IMG/VR virus record: IMGVR_UViG_3300032331_001766 | Coordinates: 49,081 to 113,080 of that record | DNA: 64,000 nt | Direction: 5' to 3' (one strand) | Source: a virus | Part shown: piece after piece, positions 47,822 through 57,720 of the stretch | Layout: each line of letters begins with the position of its first letter | Numbering within the stretch: the stretch's first letter is position 1 | Position numbers and translations under genes: made by a program | Notes under the pieces: model-generated | Database searches by the model: none | What the model was told of the DNA's origin: nothing | What the model saw: the letters and a program-made list of their open reading frames with translations, nothing else

Positions 47822-50352
47822 CAGAAACATTTAAAAGAAGATTATTTATTTTTGATTTAGATGGTGTTTTGGTTGATAGTAAAAAAATACATTTTAATTC
47901 TTTAAATACAGCATTAGAAAAAATTGATCCAAAATATTTAATATCTGAAGAAGATCAGTCAACTATGTTTGAAGGCCTTCCCACTAAAGAAAAGCTAAAA
48001 CTATTAACTAGTTTACGTGGTTTACCAGAAGAGCTTTATGAAAAAATATGGGAAGAAAAACAAAAGCAATCTATAGTATATTTTAAATCTTTAGAAAAAG
48101 ATAAAGAACTTATAGAACTTTTTAAAATAATTAAAGAGTATCATGTTGATATAGCAGTCGCAAGCAACTGCATAAGGGAGACCGTTGAAGCATGTCTTAC
48201 ATCATTAGGATTAATTGATCTAGTTGGCTTATATTTAAGTAATGAAGATGTAGTACAACCAAAACCAAACCCAGAAATTTATACAAAATGTATAAGTCAT
48301 TTTGTGTGTCATCCAAACTATACAACCATATTTGAAGATAGTCGTGTTGGAAAAATTGCAGCTATTGCAAGTGGAGCACGTTTAATAGGCATAGAGAATA
48401 GAAGCTCTATAAATAAAGAAACTATTTTTAAAGCATTAAATGAAGAAAGAAGAAAAATAAATGTATTAATTCCTATGGCTGGCGAAGGCTCTAGATTTAC
48501 AAAAGCTGGTTATAAAGATCCAAAACCAATGATAGATGTAAATGGTAAATCTATGATTAACCTAGTACATGATAATATTAATTTAGATGCTCATTATATT
48601 TTTATTGCAAAAGATGAACACGTAGTTAAATATAATTTAGAAGATCATATTAGTTCATTTTGTAGTAACTATACAATTATAAAACAAGAAGGTAGACTTG
48701 AGGGTGCAGCAAAAACTGCTTTACTTGCTAAAGATCTTATAAGTAATCAAGATCATTTATTGATTGCAAATTCAGATCAGTATATAGATTGGGATAGTAG
48801 TAAAACTATAAATGATTTTATAAGGTCTGGAGTAGATGGTGCTATATTAACTTTTAAAGCAACAGAAGAAAAATGGTCTTATATTAAAGAAAATGATGGC
48901 ATAGTAGAAGAAGTATTTGAAAAAATAGTTGCAAGCGATAATGCAACTTGCGGTGTATATTTTTGGAAATATGGATCTGATTTTATTAAATATGCAGAAA
49001 AAATGATTGAAAAAAATATTAGAACAAATAATGAGTTTTATATATGTCCAGTTTATAATCAAGCTATTGAAGATCAAAAAATTATTTCTTTTTCTGAAGT
49101 AAAAGAAATGCATGGCTTAGGTACACCAGAAGATTTAGATTCTTATTTAAAATATTTAGATATAAGAACTGATATTAGAAATAAAAATTACACAGAAAAA
49201 ATATTTGAAATATCTGAAGATGAATTTTTTGTTAAATATAAAAATCCAGAGTATGAGATATATGATAGAGAATTATCAAATAATCCTGGATATAAGTATT
49301 ATGACTATGATGCTGAAATGGTTAAACTTCCAGATGCCACACTACTTGAAAAATATCAAGAGCGCACACGTAGATGGGTTTTAAATCCAATAGTGACTAA
49401 AATTCATAATTCTAATGAGGTTTCTTATTTAGAAAGATCAGTATATCTTGTGCCATATCATACAAGATTTTTTCATGTTTATTTAGAAATTCTTCCAAAG
49501 ATTTTTATTTTAAAAGAAAAAGATCCTAACTTTAAACTTATAATGTTTCATGATGAAGAATTAAATGAAGATAAAATTTTTCCAAGTTTATTAGGCAATT
49601 ATAATAAAAAAAATGGAAGAGAATCCGACGGTAGAGCTTTAAAGTTTTGGTTAGATAAACTAAATATAGACTATGAATGTATAAATTTAGAAACCTTAAA
49701 GGATTATAATTTAAAGTTTAAATATTCATATGTATTTTATGAAGCTATTAGAAATCAAAATTTAATGGATATTGCAAAAAAATATGATGAAAAATTTTTT
49801 AATGGTCCAATAGTATATAAAGATTTAAAAAAATATCATCCACATGAGATATTACAAAGAGGAGATTCTAGCGTAGATGTAGGTACAAATAGATATTTAA
49901 AAAAAGCAATAAATGATTTTATTAATATAAATAATTTAGATGTAAAAAATGAAAATAAAAAAATATATATATCTAGAAAAAATTATGTTAGATCTCACAA
50001 AAATGAAAAAGATATAGAAAACTACTTTATTTCAATTGGATACGAATCCGTATGCTTGGAAGACTTTGATCCAATAGAGCAAATACAAATATTTAGAAAG
50101 TCATCAGATATAGTTTGTTATTTAGGATCATCTATAATAAATGCATATTTTATAAATCATGAAGCTAAACTAACCATATTGGCATTAGATTCAGATAGCG
50201 ACGCAGAGTTTAATAAAAATATGCTTGGATACTATAGTATGCAAATTCAAGATCAAAAAATCAATAAAAAATTTATAAACATACCTCAATTTTTTAATGA
50301 TGATGTAAGTCATTTCTTTAATAAAGAATTGGAGAAAAATAATGGAGTTTGA
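47818..50352 (+). CDS. Fusion protein: HAD phosphatase + sugar-phosphate nucleotidyltransferase + GT61-like glycosyltransferase
   Basis: FDLDGVL, KPNPEIY and FEDS (HAD); LIPMAGEGSRF..PKP, ANSDQ, NEFYICPVYN and GLGTPEDL (NTP transferase); FFHVYLEILPK, KIYISRK, EQIQIF and GSSIINAYF (GT61/DUF563-like). Confidence 0.8.
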   Translation: MTETFKRRLFIFDLDGVLVDSKKIHFNSLNTALEKIDPKYLISEEDQSTMFEGLPTKEKLKLLTSLRGLPEELYEKIWEEKQKQSIVYFKSLEKDKELIELFKIIKEYHVDIAVASNCIRETVEACLTSLGLIDLVGLYLSNEDVVQPKPNPEIYTKCISHFVCHPNYTTIFEDSRVGKIAAIASGARLIGIENRSSINKETIFKALNEERRKINVLIPMAGEGSRFTKAGYKDPKPMIDVNGKSMINLVHDNINLDAHYIFIAKDEHVVKYNLEDHISSFCSNYTIIKQEGRLEGAAKTALLAKDLISNQDHLLIANSDQYIDWDSSKTINDFIRSGVDGAILTFKATEEKWSYIKENDGIVEEVFEKIVASDNATCGVYFWKYGSDFIKYAEKMIEKNIRTNNEFYICPVYNQAIEDQKIISFSEVKEMHGLGTPEDLDSYLKYLDIRTDIRNKNYTEKIFEISEDEFFVKYKNPEYEIYDRELSNNPGYKYYDYDAEMVKLPDATLLEKYQERTRRWVLNPIVTKIHNSNEVSYLERSVYLVPYHTRFFHVYLEILPKIFILKEKDPNFKLIMFHDEELNEDKIFPSLLGNYNKKNGRESDGRALKFWLDKLNIDYECINLETLKDYNLKFKYSYVFYEAIRNQNLMDIAKKYDEKFFNGPIVYKDLKKYHPHEILQRGDSSVDVGTNRYLKKAINDFININNLDVKNENKKIYISRKNYVRSHKNEKDIENYFISIGYESVCLEDFDPIEQIQIFRKSSDIVCYLGSSIINAYFINHEAKLTILALDSDSDAEFNKNMLGYYSMQIQDQKINKKFINIPQFFNDDVSHFFNKELEKNNGV

Positions 50353-52144
50353 TTTTAGTGACCTCATAGATATATTGGACGGCGAAGAGTTTGATGAGCG
50401 TCCAGTAGATCTTCGCACATTTGTACAAAGCCCAAACTATCTAGGATTACCACCATTGTCTGAACATCAATATACTTTAATTGAAAAAAGTTCTCAGATA
50501 TACAAAGAATCGACATTGATTAAACTTTTGGGCAATGAAGAAGGAAAAAGAATGTTTAAGCAGACTGCCAATGAGGTTGTTGCTCAATTAGGCAAGGGAT
50601 CTGGCAAGGATTACTGCTCTACTATATCTGTAGCTTATATAGTATATTTACTATTGTGCTTAAAAGACCCAGCTACTTATTACGGAAAACCTCCTGGAGA
50701 TTCAATTGATATTATTAATATTGCAATTAACTCTCAGCAAGCACAGAATGTTTTCTTTAAGGGATTTAAAACAAGAATTGATAAATCCCCCTGGTTTGCT
50801 GGCAAATATGAATCTAAAGCATCTGAAATCAAATTTGATAAAGCAATAACAGTATACTCAGGACACTCAGAGAGGGAAGCATTTGAGGGGTACAACGTTA
50901 TTGTTGTCGTGCTTGATGAAATATCTGGTTTTGCAACAGAGAACACTACTGGGCACGAGCAGGCAAAAACAGGAAGCGCTATTTACGATATGTATAGGGC
51001 ATCCGTTGACTCAAGATTTCCAGACTTTGGTAAAGTTATTTTGCTTTCTTTTCCTAGATATAAAAACGATTACATACAGCAAAGATATGAAGATGTGGTT
51101 GCGGAAAAAGAAGTTGTTGTTAGAACGCATCATTTTAAGTTAGACGAAGACCTTCCAGATGGAACTACTGGTAACGAGTTTGATATAGATTGGGAAGAAG
51201 ATCATATAATTTCTTATAAGTATCCTAGGATGTATGCTTTAAAAAGACCAACATGGGAAGTTAATCCAATAAGAAAAATTGATGATTTCAAGGTTGCTTT
51301 CTATAAAAATTCAGTTGACGCATTAGGTAGATTTGCCTGTATGCCTTCAGATGCAGTAGACGCATTTTTTAAGTCCAGGGAAAAAGTTGAGAAAGCTTTT
51401 AATATTGGTAACTTGGCTGTAGATCATTTTGGAAGAATAGAAGATTGGTTTAAGCCAGACCCAGAAAAGAAATATTTTATACACGTGGACTTAGCGCAAA
51501 AGCATGACCATTGTGCAGTAGCGCTATCACACGTAGACAGATGGGTAAATGTTAAAATCACAAACGAATACTCTCAGCCAGCACCAATTGTAAGTGTTGA
51601 TGCTGTTAGATATTGGACACCAACCCCAGATAAATCTGTAGATTTTACTGAGGTTAAAGACTATATTATTTCATTAAAAAGTAGGGGATTTAACATAGGT
51701 GTTTGCACATTTGATAGATGGAACTCACACGACATGATGCAGCAGTTAAAACAATATGGAATTAATACAGAAATTTTATCTGTTGCTAAGAAACATTACG
51801 ATGATATGGCTATGATTGTTTTAGAAGAAAGATTAAATGGCCCACATATACCACTATTAATTGATGAATTACTTCAGCTAAAGATTATGAGAGATAGGGT
51901 AGATCACCCAAGAAAAGGTTCTAAGGACTTAGCCGATGCTGTTTGTGGATCTATATTTAATGCAATAAGTAGGACAAGGCCAAACATAGACCAAGAAGTT
52001 AATATACATACGTATGAATCTATGTCATATGATAATGATTTTGGAGTAGAGAAAAAAGAAGAAGAGTATGTACAGAATATGATTAGGGCCCCAAGGATGC
52101 CACAAGATTTAAGAGAAGCAATGGATAGGATGCAAATAATATGA
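50342..52144 (+). CDS. Terminase large subunit
   Basis: LGKGSGKD, VVLDE and LLSFPR; nuclease domain HVDLA..D, FDRWNS and DHP..GSKDLADAV. Confidence 0.92.
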   Translation: MEFDFSDLIDILDGEEFDERPVDLRTFVQSPNYLGLPPLSEHQYTLIEKSSQIYKESTLIKLLGNEEGKRMFKQTANEVVAQLGKGSGKDYCSTISVAYIVYLLLCLKDPATYYGKPPGDSIDIINIAINSQQAQNVFFKGFKTRIDKSPWFAGKYESKASEIKFDKAITVYSGHSEREAFEGYNVIVVVLDEISGFATENTTGHEQAKTGSAIYDMYRASVDSRFPDFGKVILLSFPRYKNDYIQQRYEDVVAEKEVVVRTHHFKLDEDLPDGTTGNEFDIDWEEDHIISYKYPRMYALKRPTWEVNPIRKIDDFKVAFYKNSVDALGRFACMPSDAVDAFFKSREKVEKAFNIGNLAVDHFGRIEDWFKPDPEKKYFIHVDLAQKHDHCAVALSHVDRWVNVKITNEYSQPAPIVSVDAVRYWTPTPDKSVDFTEVKDYIISLKSRGFNIGVCTFDRWNSHDMMQQLKQYGINTEILSVAKKHYDDMAMIVLEERLNGPHIPLLIDELLQLKIMRDRVDHPRKGSKDLADAVCGSIFNAISRTRPNIDQEVNIHTYESMSYDNDFGVEKKEEEYVQNMIRAPRMPQDLREAMDRMQII

Positions 52145-52374
52145 GTCAGTACCAAGAAAAAGCTAAAGAGTGTAAATGTTGTGGTAAACATGTGCCCTTA
52201 CCTACAGTTTTAAGAGAATATAATGGGCTTATGCTTTGCCCAACTACATTTTCTAATGTAATGGAATATAAAAGATTATGGTTAGTAATTGGTAATAGGC
52301 CACAAGGAAGCATACGCAAGCATTTTTCTGAATATGTACAGCAGATTGTTGAAAGCTCAATAAATGTTGAATAA
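52141..52374 (+). CDS. Small zinc-binding-like protein
   Basis: CKCC...LCPT; coupled to TerL. Confidence 0.6.
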   Translation: MSQYQEKAKECKCCGKHVPLPTVLREYNGLMLCPTTFSNVMEYKRLWLVIGNRPQGSIRKHFSEYVQQIVESSINVE

Positions 52375-52456
52375 AATTTATGCATATATCTATATAAAAT
52401 ATTTTAAAATTAAATTAAAGTTTAAAAAAGAAAAGGGTAAAAGGTTTATATACTAA
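52364..52456 (+). CDS. Small basic peptide (30 aa) ending RFIY (not in ORF track)
   Basis: MLNKIYAYIYIKYFKIKLKFKKEKGKRFIY; its stop overlaps the next ATG. Confidence 0.45.
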   Translation: MLNKIYAYIYIKYFKIKLKFKKEKGKRFIY

Positions 52457-53457
52457 TGTTTAATAAAAAATATAAACTAGAATATCAAAATACAGATAGG
52501 CTATCGTCTTCCATACTCTTTGGAAAAACTAAAAGCTATTCTCCATCATTATCTGATATTCAAGAAATTTACTTTAATGATATGAACGAAATAAGGCTAT
52601 CAGATTTATATTATGGCATAGAAAATGGTAGCGATATCGGGATTAACTATCAATTAAACTCATATGGATACAGAGGTCCTAGCCCTAAAGTAACTAACGA
52701 CATACTTACTTTAGGATGCTCACAGACTTTTGGAATAGGTATCAAAGACTACGGTAATACTTGGCCAGCGATAGTGTCTTATTCATTAAATTTAAATTAT
52801 ACAAATTTAGCAAAATCTGGTAGTTCAATTGATTCTCAAATAAGAAGAGCTTTTGCTTATTTTAAAAAATTTGGTAATCCAAAGCATATCTTTGCAATTT
52901 TCCCAGATTTTCAAAGAGTTGAATTTCCTTCTAATTACAAAACATTAGTAGCAGATAAGAGTATTAAAACAAAAAAACAGGGTGGACTAGCCATAAAACA
53001 TTTTAAAGATTTTGATCAGATTCCTAAAGTTTCATCAATGCCTCACGACTCTAGAGATATATTTACAGAAGAGCTTTGCTATTTTAGATCTGCACAAAGC
53101 ATACTTATGCTAGAACAGTATTGTGAAATTGCAGGTATAAATTTTATTTGGGGAACTTGGTCAGAAGAAGATGAAGATTTAATATTAAAATTAAAAGAAA
53201 TTAATAATTCATCATATAAAAATTTTATACCATTACATAATTATAAATGGATTAGAAATTATGAAACACAACAAGAAGAATTTTATGATAAAACTTATAA
53301 AGATTTACATCCAGTTAAAAGCAATTGTCATAATGAGCATTCAAGTTTAGAAGATTTTTATATTGCATTGGATAAAAAATATAACTTTTCTACAGCTCAT
53401 TCTGGAGTTCACAGGCACATGCATTGGGCAGAAACAATAGTAAATAATATAAAATGA
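52456..53457 (+). CDS. SGNH/GDSL hydrolase-like protein
   Basis: NSYGYRG, LGCSQTFG, NLAKSGSS and terminal AHSGVHRHMHWA. Confidence 0.65.
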   Translation: MFNKKYKLEYQNTDRLSSSILFGKTKSYSPSLSDIQEIYFNDMNEIRLSDLYYGIENGSDIGINYQLNSYGYRGPSPKVTNDILTLGCSQTFGIGIKDYGNTWPAIVSYSLNLNYTNLAKSGSSIDSQIRRAFAYFKKFGNPKHIFAIFPDFQRVEFPSNYKTLVADKSIKTKKQGGLAIKHFKDFDQIPKVSSMPHDSRDIFTEELCYFRSAQSILMLEQYCEIAGINFIWGTWSEEDEDLILKLKEINNSSYKNFIPLHNYKWIRNYETQQEEFYDKTYKDLHPVKSNCHNEHSSLEDFYIALDKKYNFSTAHSGVHRHMHWAETIVNNIK

Positions 53458-54875
53458 TAATATTAGGAATAAATGAAACATCTCATGATGCATCTGCATC
53501 TTTAATTAGTAATGGAAATATATTATTTGCAGGTCATGCTGAAAGATATAGCAAGCAAAAAAATGATTGGTATGTGAATGATAATTTAATAAAAGATGCT
53601 TTGCAGTATGGCAGACCAGATCATATAGCCTACTACGAGAAACCCCTTCTAAAGGCCTCCAGGCTGGCATTAAGGGGTGGTCTAGGTGACTGGAAACCAA
53701 GGTTTAATATTGACGGCATACCAAGAAAATCTTTTAGTCACCACTACTCCCACGCAGCAGCGGGATACTATACAAGTGCATTTAATGATGCTGCCATCGT
53801 TGTTCTTGATGCAATAGGCGAATATAATACCTCAACAATTTGGGTTGGAGAAGGTGATAAGATTACTTTAAAGTATAAGCAAAACTATCCTGTTAGTTTC
53901 GGCTTGTTTTATTCTGCTTTTACACAACTAATTGGACTAATGCCAAACCAAGAAGAATATATTATGATGGGTATGGCTGCATATGGAGACTGGCAAAAAT
54001 ATTATAAAAAAGTAGATGATTATTTTCCAAGTTATGATAAACAAAAATATAATTTTCATAAAGGAATTATTGATTGGGGATGGGTTTCAGAACAAGATAA
54101 ATTTGATATAGCAGCAGCAGTTCAAGTGGTATACGAGCAAAGGCTAAATCAATTTATGCGTATGGCAAAATCCTTGACTGGTAAAAATAATTTAGTATTT
54201 ATGGGTGGATGTGCACTTAACTCATCAGCAAATACATTGCTGTGGAAAATATTTGATATGATTTGGATTATGCCAAACCCTGGAGATGCTGGGAGTTCTC
54301 TGGGCGCTGCTGCTGCACTCTATGGCAAACATGTTGAATGGAAAGATCCATACCTTGGTTATGATTTAGGTGGAAAATACCCTATTCAGAAAATTGTTGA
54401 CGGTATATTAAAAGATGGAATAGTAGCAATAGCAACAGGTAGAGCAGAATACGGTCCAAGAGCATTGGGAAACAGAAGCATCCTTGCAGATCCAAGAGAT
54501 CCAAACATTAAAGACAAAGTTAATTTAATTAAACAAAGAGAACTGTTCAGACCTTTTGCACCAGTAGTACTTGCTGATCACGCACACAAATGGTTTGATA
54601 TGGATTTTGAAAGCCCATATATGCAATACACGGTTAAGTGTCTTCAACCCGATAAGATTCCTTCTGTAGTCCACAGAGATGGAACCTCAAGAGTTCAAAC
54701 AGTAACAAGAGAGCAACATCCAGGTTTATACCGTGCAATAAATAAGTTCTATTTACAAACAGGCGTTCCCGTATTGCTAAATACAAGTTTAAATATTAAG
54801 GGTCAGCCATTGCTAAATGATGAAAACGATATTTTACAATGGGAATCACAGTATGGGGTAAAAATTTTAAGATGA
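53454..54875 (+). CDS. Carbamoyltransferase (NodU/CmcH family)
   Basis: HDASA, ERYSKQK, HHYSHAA, MGMAAYG, GGCALN, PGDAG, EYGPRALGNRSILA, RELFRPFAP and LNTSLN. Confidence 0.95.
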   Translation: MIILGINETSHDASASLISNGNILFAGHAERYSKQKNDWYVNDNLIKDALQYGRPDHIAYYEKPLLKASRLALRGGLGDWKPRFNIDGIPRKSFSHHYSHAAAGYYTSAFNDAAIVVLDAIGEYNTSTIWVGEGDKITLKYKQNYPVSFGLFYSAFTQLIGLMPNQEEYIMMGMAAYGDWQKYYKKVDDYFPSYDKQKYNFHKGIIDWGWVSEQDKFDIAAAVQVVYEQRLNQFMRMAKSLTGKNNLVFMGGCALNSSANTLLWKIFDMIWIMPNPGDAGSSLGAAAALYGKHVEWKDPYLGYDLGGKYPIQKIVDGILKDGIVAIATGRAEYGPRALGNRSILADPRDPNIKDKVNLIKQRELFRPFAPVVLADHAHKWFDMDFESPYMQYTVKCLQPDKIPSVVHRDGTSRVQTVTREQHPGLYRAINKFYLQTGVPVLLNTSLNIKGQPLLNDENDILQWESQYGVKILR

Positions 54876-55879
54876 GAGACTTTGAAACAATAGCTTCAGT
54901 AATGTTATCAAAAAATAGTGGACATTTGCCGTTGTTAAAAAAACAATATAAAGAGTATGATTATGAAGAAGAAGTGATAGATCGTTTATTTTTTAACAAT
55001 TTAGATAAATCATATATATTAACTTCTCATAATATACTAACTGAAGATAATGTAGAAATTTCTAATGAATTTTTTTACAAGCTTAATTCATCATTTTATA
55101 GATCAGAAGAGTTTTATAAATCTCCAGATATTATATTTTCTGGATGTTCTTTTACTTATGGAATGGGTTTAAAAGAAGAAAGTTTATGGACCGACCTGCT
55201 TGCCAAAAAAATGAAAAGTGGTTATATTAATCTAGGACTTCCTGGTAAATCAGTTTCATCTATAATAAATAATTTGTATTCATATTTTAGAGAATACGGT
55301 AAGCCTAAATATATTTTTTGTTTATTCCCTAACTTTCATAGATTTGAGTTACCAATTAATGAACAAATTATTATTTCACAAAGGAATTTAAATAATACAA
55401 AATATAATTCAAGTCCAATATTTTATGATGATCCGATAGATGCTGGCGGATATCTTCAAGATATTATAATTGATGATACAAACTTATCAGAAAAACCAAA
55501 GTATTCAAAAAAGCCCCACGTAGCAGAAGATATTCTTTCAATAGATATAACATACTGGACGGCAATAAAACACATACTTTCTTTTGAACAGTATTGTGAG
55601 GCAGCTGGAATAAAATTGTTCTGGACTACATGGGATAAGGATTTAAATTTAGCAATTAATTTAATTAAAGATAAATACCCAAATCAATATAAAAATTTTG
55701 TTTTATTAGATGAAAAATATGATTCAGATTGTCACGATGAAGAAAAACAAAAAAACCTACTGCTTTGGGATTTAGCTGGTGACAGAGATCGTGGAAACGA
55801 TTATGCACATCCTGGAGTACATTTTCATATACATGTGGCAGAAGCTTTCCATAAAGCATTACCCATTGACGAAATTTAA
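54872..55879 (+). CDS. SGNH/GDSL hydrolase-like protein (paralogue of 52456-53457)
   Basis: NSSFYRS, SGCSFTYG, NLGLPGKS and DRGNDYAHPGVHFH; start at MRDFE. Confidence 0.65.
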   Translation: MRDFETIASVMLSKNSGHLPLLKKQYKEYDYEEEVIDRLFFNNLDKSYILTSHNILTEDNVEISNEFFYKLNSSFYRSEEFYKSPDIIFSGCSFTYGMGLKEESLWTDLLAKKMKSGYINLGLPGKSVSSIINNLYSYFREYGKPKYIFCLFPNFHRFELPINEQIIISQRNLNNTKYNSSPIFYDDPIDAGGYLQDIIIDDTNLSEKPKYSKKPHVAEDILSIDITYWTAIKHILSFEQYCEAAGIKLFWTTWDKDLNLAINLIKDKYPNQYKNFVLLDEKYDSDCHDEEKQKNLLLWDLAGDRDRGNDYAHPGVHFHIHVAEAFHKALPIDEI

Positions 55880-55894
55880 TTATATAGATATACT
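55866..55894 (+). promoter_or_regulatory. Sigma70-type promoter for tRNA
   Basis: TTGACG-17 nt-TATACT. Confidence 0.65.
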
Positions 55895-55904
55895 TTAACA
55901 ACTA

Positions 55905-55978
55905 GTGCCATTAGCTTAGTTGGTTAAAGCCCCGAACTCATAATTCGGTAATCGTAGGTTCAAGTCCTACATGGCACA
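55905..55978 (+). tRNA. tRNA with CAT anticodon (likely Ile2; elongator Met possible)
   Basis: Acceptor GTGCCAT/ATGGCAC, CCGAA-CTCATAA-TTCGG and GTAGG-TTCAAGT-CCTAC; C4-G69 and C5-G68 pairs. Confidence 0.88.
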
Positions 55979-56000
55979 CAGAAAGGTATATAATAATACT

Positions 56001-56285
56001 ATGGATAACGATGAGAAGCTAGACCACTACCTTGAAATAGGAGCTGTAGAGGTTGCTGGAATTCAAGAAGATGGTGAATTCCTTTATGAGATTACAGCAA
56101 AAGCAAAAGATGTTGCACCAGAGCTTTGGGAATCACATATTGAATATATAGACAATACAATATTGGATCTATATGAAAAAGGATTAGTTGAAATAGAATA
56201 CAATGAGAATTTAGAAGCATCTATTAGTGTTTCAGAAGAAGCAAAATCAATACTAAGATCTTATGGGATGTATGAAGATGATTGA
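56001..56285 (+). CDS. Acidic hypothetical protein
   Basis: The ORF-track start lies inside the tRNA; ATG 56001 follows TATAAT by 6 nt. Confidence 0.7.
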   Translation: MDNDEKLDHYLEIGAVEVAGIQEDGEFLYEITAKAKDVAPELWESHIEYIDNTILDLYEKGLVEIEYNENLEASISVSEEAKSILRSYGMYEDD

Positions 56286-56790
56286 TTCAGGGATTAAGCT
56301 TTCAGATGGAATATATCTTTACAAAAATTTTTATCCTGATGTTGAACAAATAGATAGCTTATTAAGTAGCGTCACCGATTGGGACTCTCATGGCAACTAC
56401 GAGCCAAACGATCATACTGATGAATTTTGGAAAGGCAAGCTAAGCCCAGACTTTATAGATAAAAGGTTTCATGAGTATATTATTAACCTGATAGCTCCAG
56501 AATATTGGATCCTTAGTCATAGTAATTTTATGAAGCTTGGCCCAGAGGATAATTGTCCAGTTTATAATAACAATATCCCAAAGGAGTTTGAGTATATATT
56601 AGCATACTACGCTGGTAATTTTACTGGTGGAGCTATAACATTTTTAGATGCAGACATAACTTATCAGCCAGAAAGAAATGATTTAATTTTATTTAAGCCA
56701 ACAAGCATAGATATAAGTAAGGTAAAGTCTGGTACTAGATATTCATATCTAGATTATTTAATTAAGCATCCAGGCTACATTATGGTTTAA
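56278..56790 (+). CDS. Degenerate 2OG-Fe(II) oxygenase-like protein
   Basis: YKNF, YAGNFTGGAITF, YQPERNDLILF and SGTRY are retained; HxD and the distal His are absent. Confidence 0.6.
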   Translation: MIDSGIKLSDGIYLYKNFYPDVEQIDSLLSSVTDWDSHGNYEPNDHTDEFWKGKLSPDFIDKRFHEYIINLIAPEYWILSHSNFMKLGPEDNCPVYNNNIPKEFEYILAYYAGNFTGGAITFLDADITYQPERNDLILFKPTSIDISKVKSGTRYSYLDYLIKHPGYIMV

Positions 56791-57494
56791 TGTTGATGGC
56801 GATCACAGATTACATTCATCCATGTGCCATTAGCTTTTCTGTCTAGATCTTCTTGAGTTCCCCACGCAGGAAATGTTCCTGGATTCTTATCAGCTCTTAA
56901 AGAAAAATTACTGTATACATATCTAATGCCAGAAGATATAGGGTATGTACCATGCTCGTAAGGTGCTTGAGCCCAATGCATAATTAAATCTCCAGGTTGA
57001 ACTTTTACAACTAAACAATCTTCAATAGGTTCTTTTGCGGGAGTTCCGTCAGGATTTATGTGTGGATAAAAAACTTCTCCACCCTCAAATTCTCCAAAGT
57101 AAACACAGACACCGTAAGACAATGCACAGCAAGTGTGCCACCTGTCTTCTTGGGTTAATAGGTCATCCATTCCTTCACCAGGATTGTCGTTGTGAACAAA
57201 CATTCCTTCGTCCCCTGGACGGAGAACGGCTAAATTTTGCTGAGGATGTATAACAAACTCTGGTGCAAGAAACTCTGATATCTGATCCCAGATCCTAATT
57301 AGCTCTGGCATCTGAGGACCTTCTTTGTCATTGTACCAGTCAATGGTGTTGACATCGGTATTAAAAGATTCTGGTCTTTTTTTGTATGGTTCCATCAGAT
57401 CATTTATATATTTAATATCCTCTTTAGATATAAAATTTTTGTAATGGAATACTTTATCTGCATAGTTAATTAAATTAGGGTTATCTGAGAACAT
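56787..57494 (-). CDS. 2OG-Fe(II) oxygenase, prolyl-4-hydroxylase-like
   Basis: VHND, YFGEFEGGEVFYP, QPGDL, YEHGT and GIRY. Confidence 0.88.
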   Translation of the reverse strand: MFSDNPNLINYADKVFHYKNFISKEDIKYINDLMEPYKKRPESFNTDVNTIDWYNDKEGPQMPELIRIWDQISEFLAPEFVIHPQQNLAVLRPGDEGMFVHNDNPGEGMDDLLTQEDRWHTCCALSYGVCVYFGEFEGGEVFYPHINPDGTPAKEPIEDCLVVKVQPGDLIMHWAQAPYEHGTYPISSGIRYVYSNFSLRADKNPGTFPAWGTQEDLDRKANGTWMNVICDRHQH

Positions 57495-57568
57495 ATATCA
57501 ATTTTAGCATATTTAAATTCGAAACAGCTATAGACAATTTTATAGCAAGATGATATTATTAAGCACAA

Positions 57569-57640
57569 GCCTTCGTAGCTCAGAGGAAGAGCAAAACACT
57601 TCTAATGTTTAGGCCATAGGTTCGAATCCTATCGGGGGCA
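57569..57640 (+). tRNA. tRNA-Arg(TCT)
   Basis: GCCTTCG/CGGGGGC, AAACA-CTTCTAA-TGTTT and ATAGG-TTCGAAT-CCTAT. Confidence 0.9.
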
Positions 57641-57644
57641 CAAT

Positions 57645-57718
57645 GCGGATGTTGCATATTGGTAGTGCCTCTGCCTTCCAAGCAGAAGGGGTGAGTTCGA
57701 TTCTCATCATCCGCTCCA
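57645..57718 (+). tRNA. tRNA-Gly(TCC)
   Basis: GCGGATG/CATCCGC, TCTGC-CTTCCAA-GCAGA, U73 and encoded CCA. Confidence 0.93.
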
Positions 57719-57720
57719 AC

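Noticed and set aside
55971-56000. ORF-track start at 55971
   Set aside because: It lies within the tRNA acceptor stem; ATG 56001 fits the promoter geometry.
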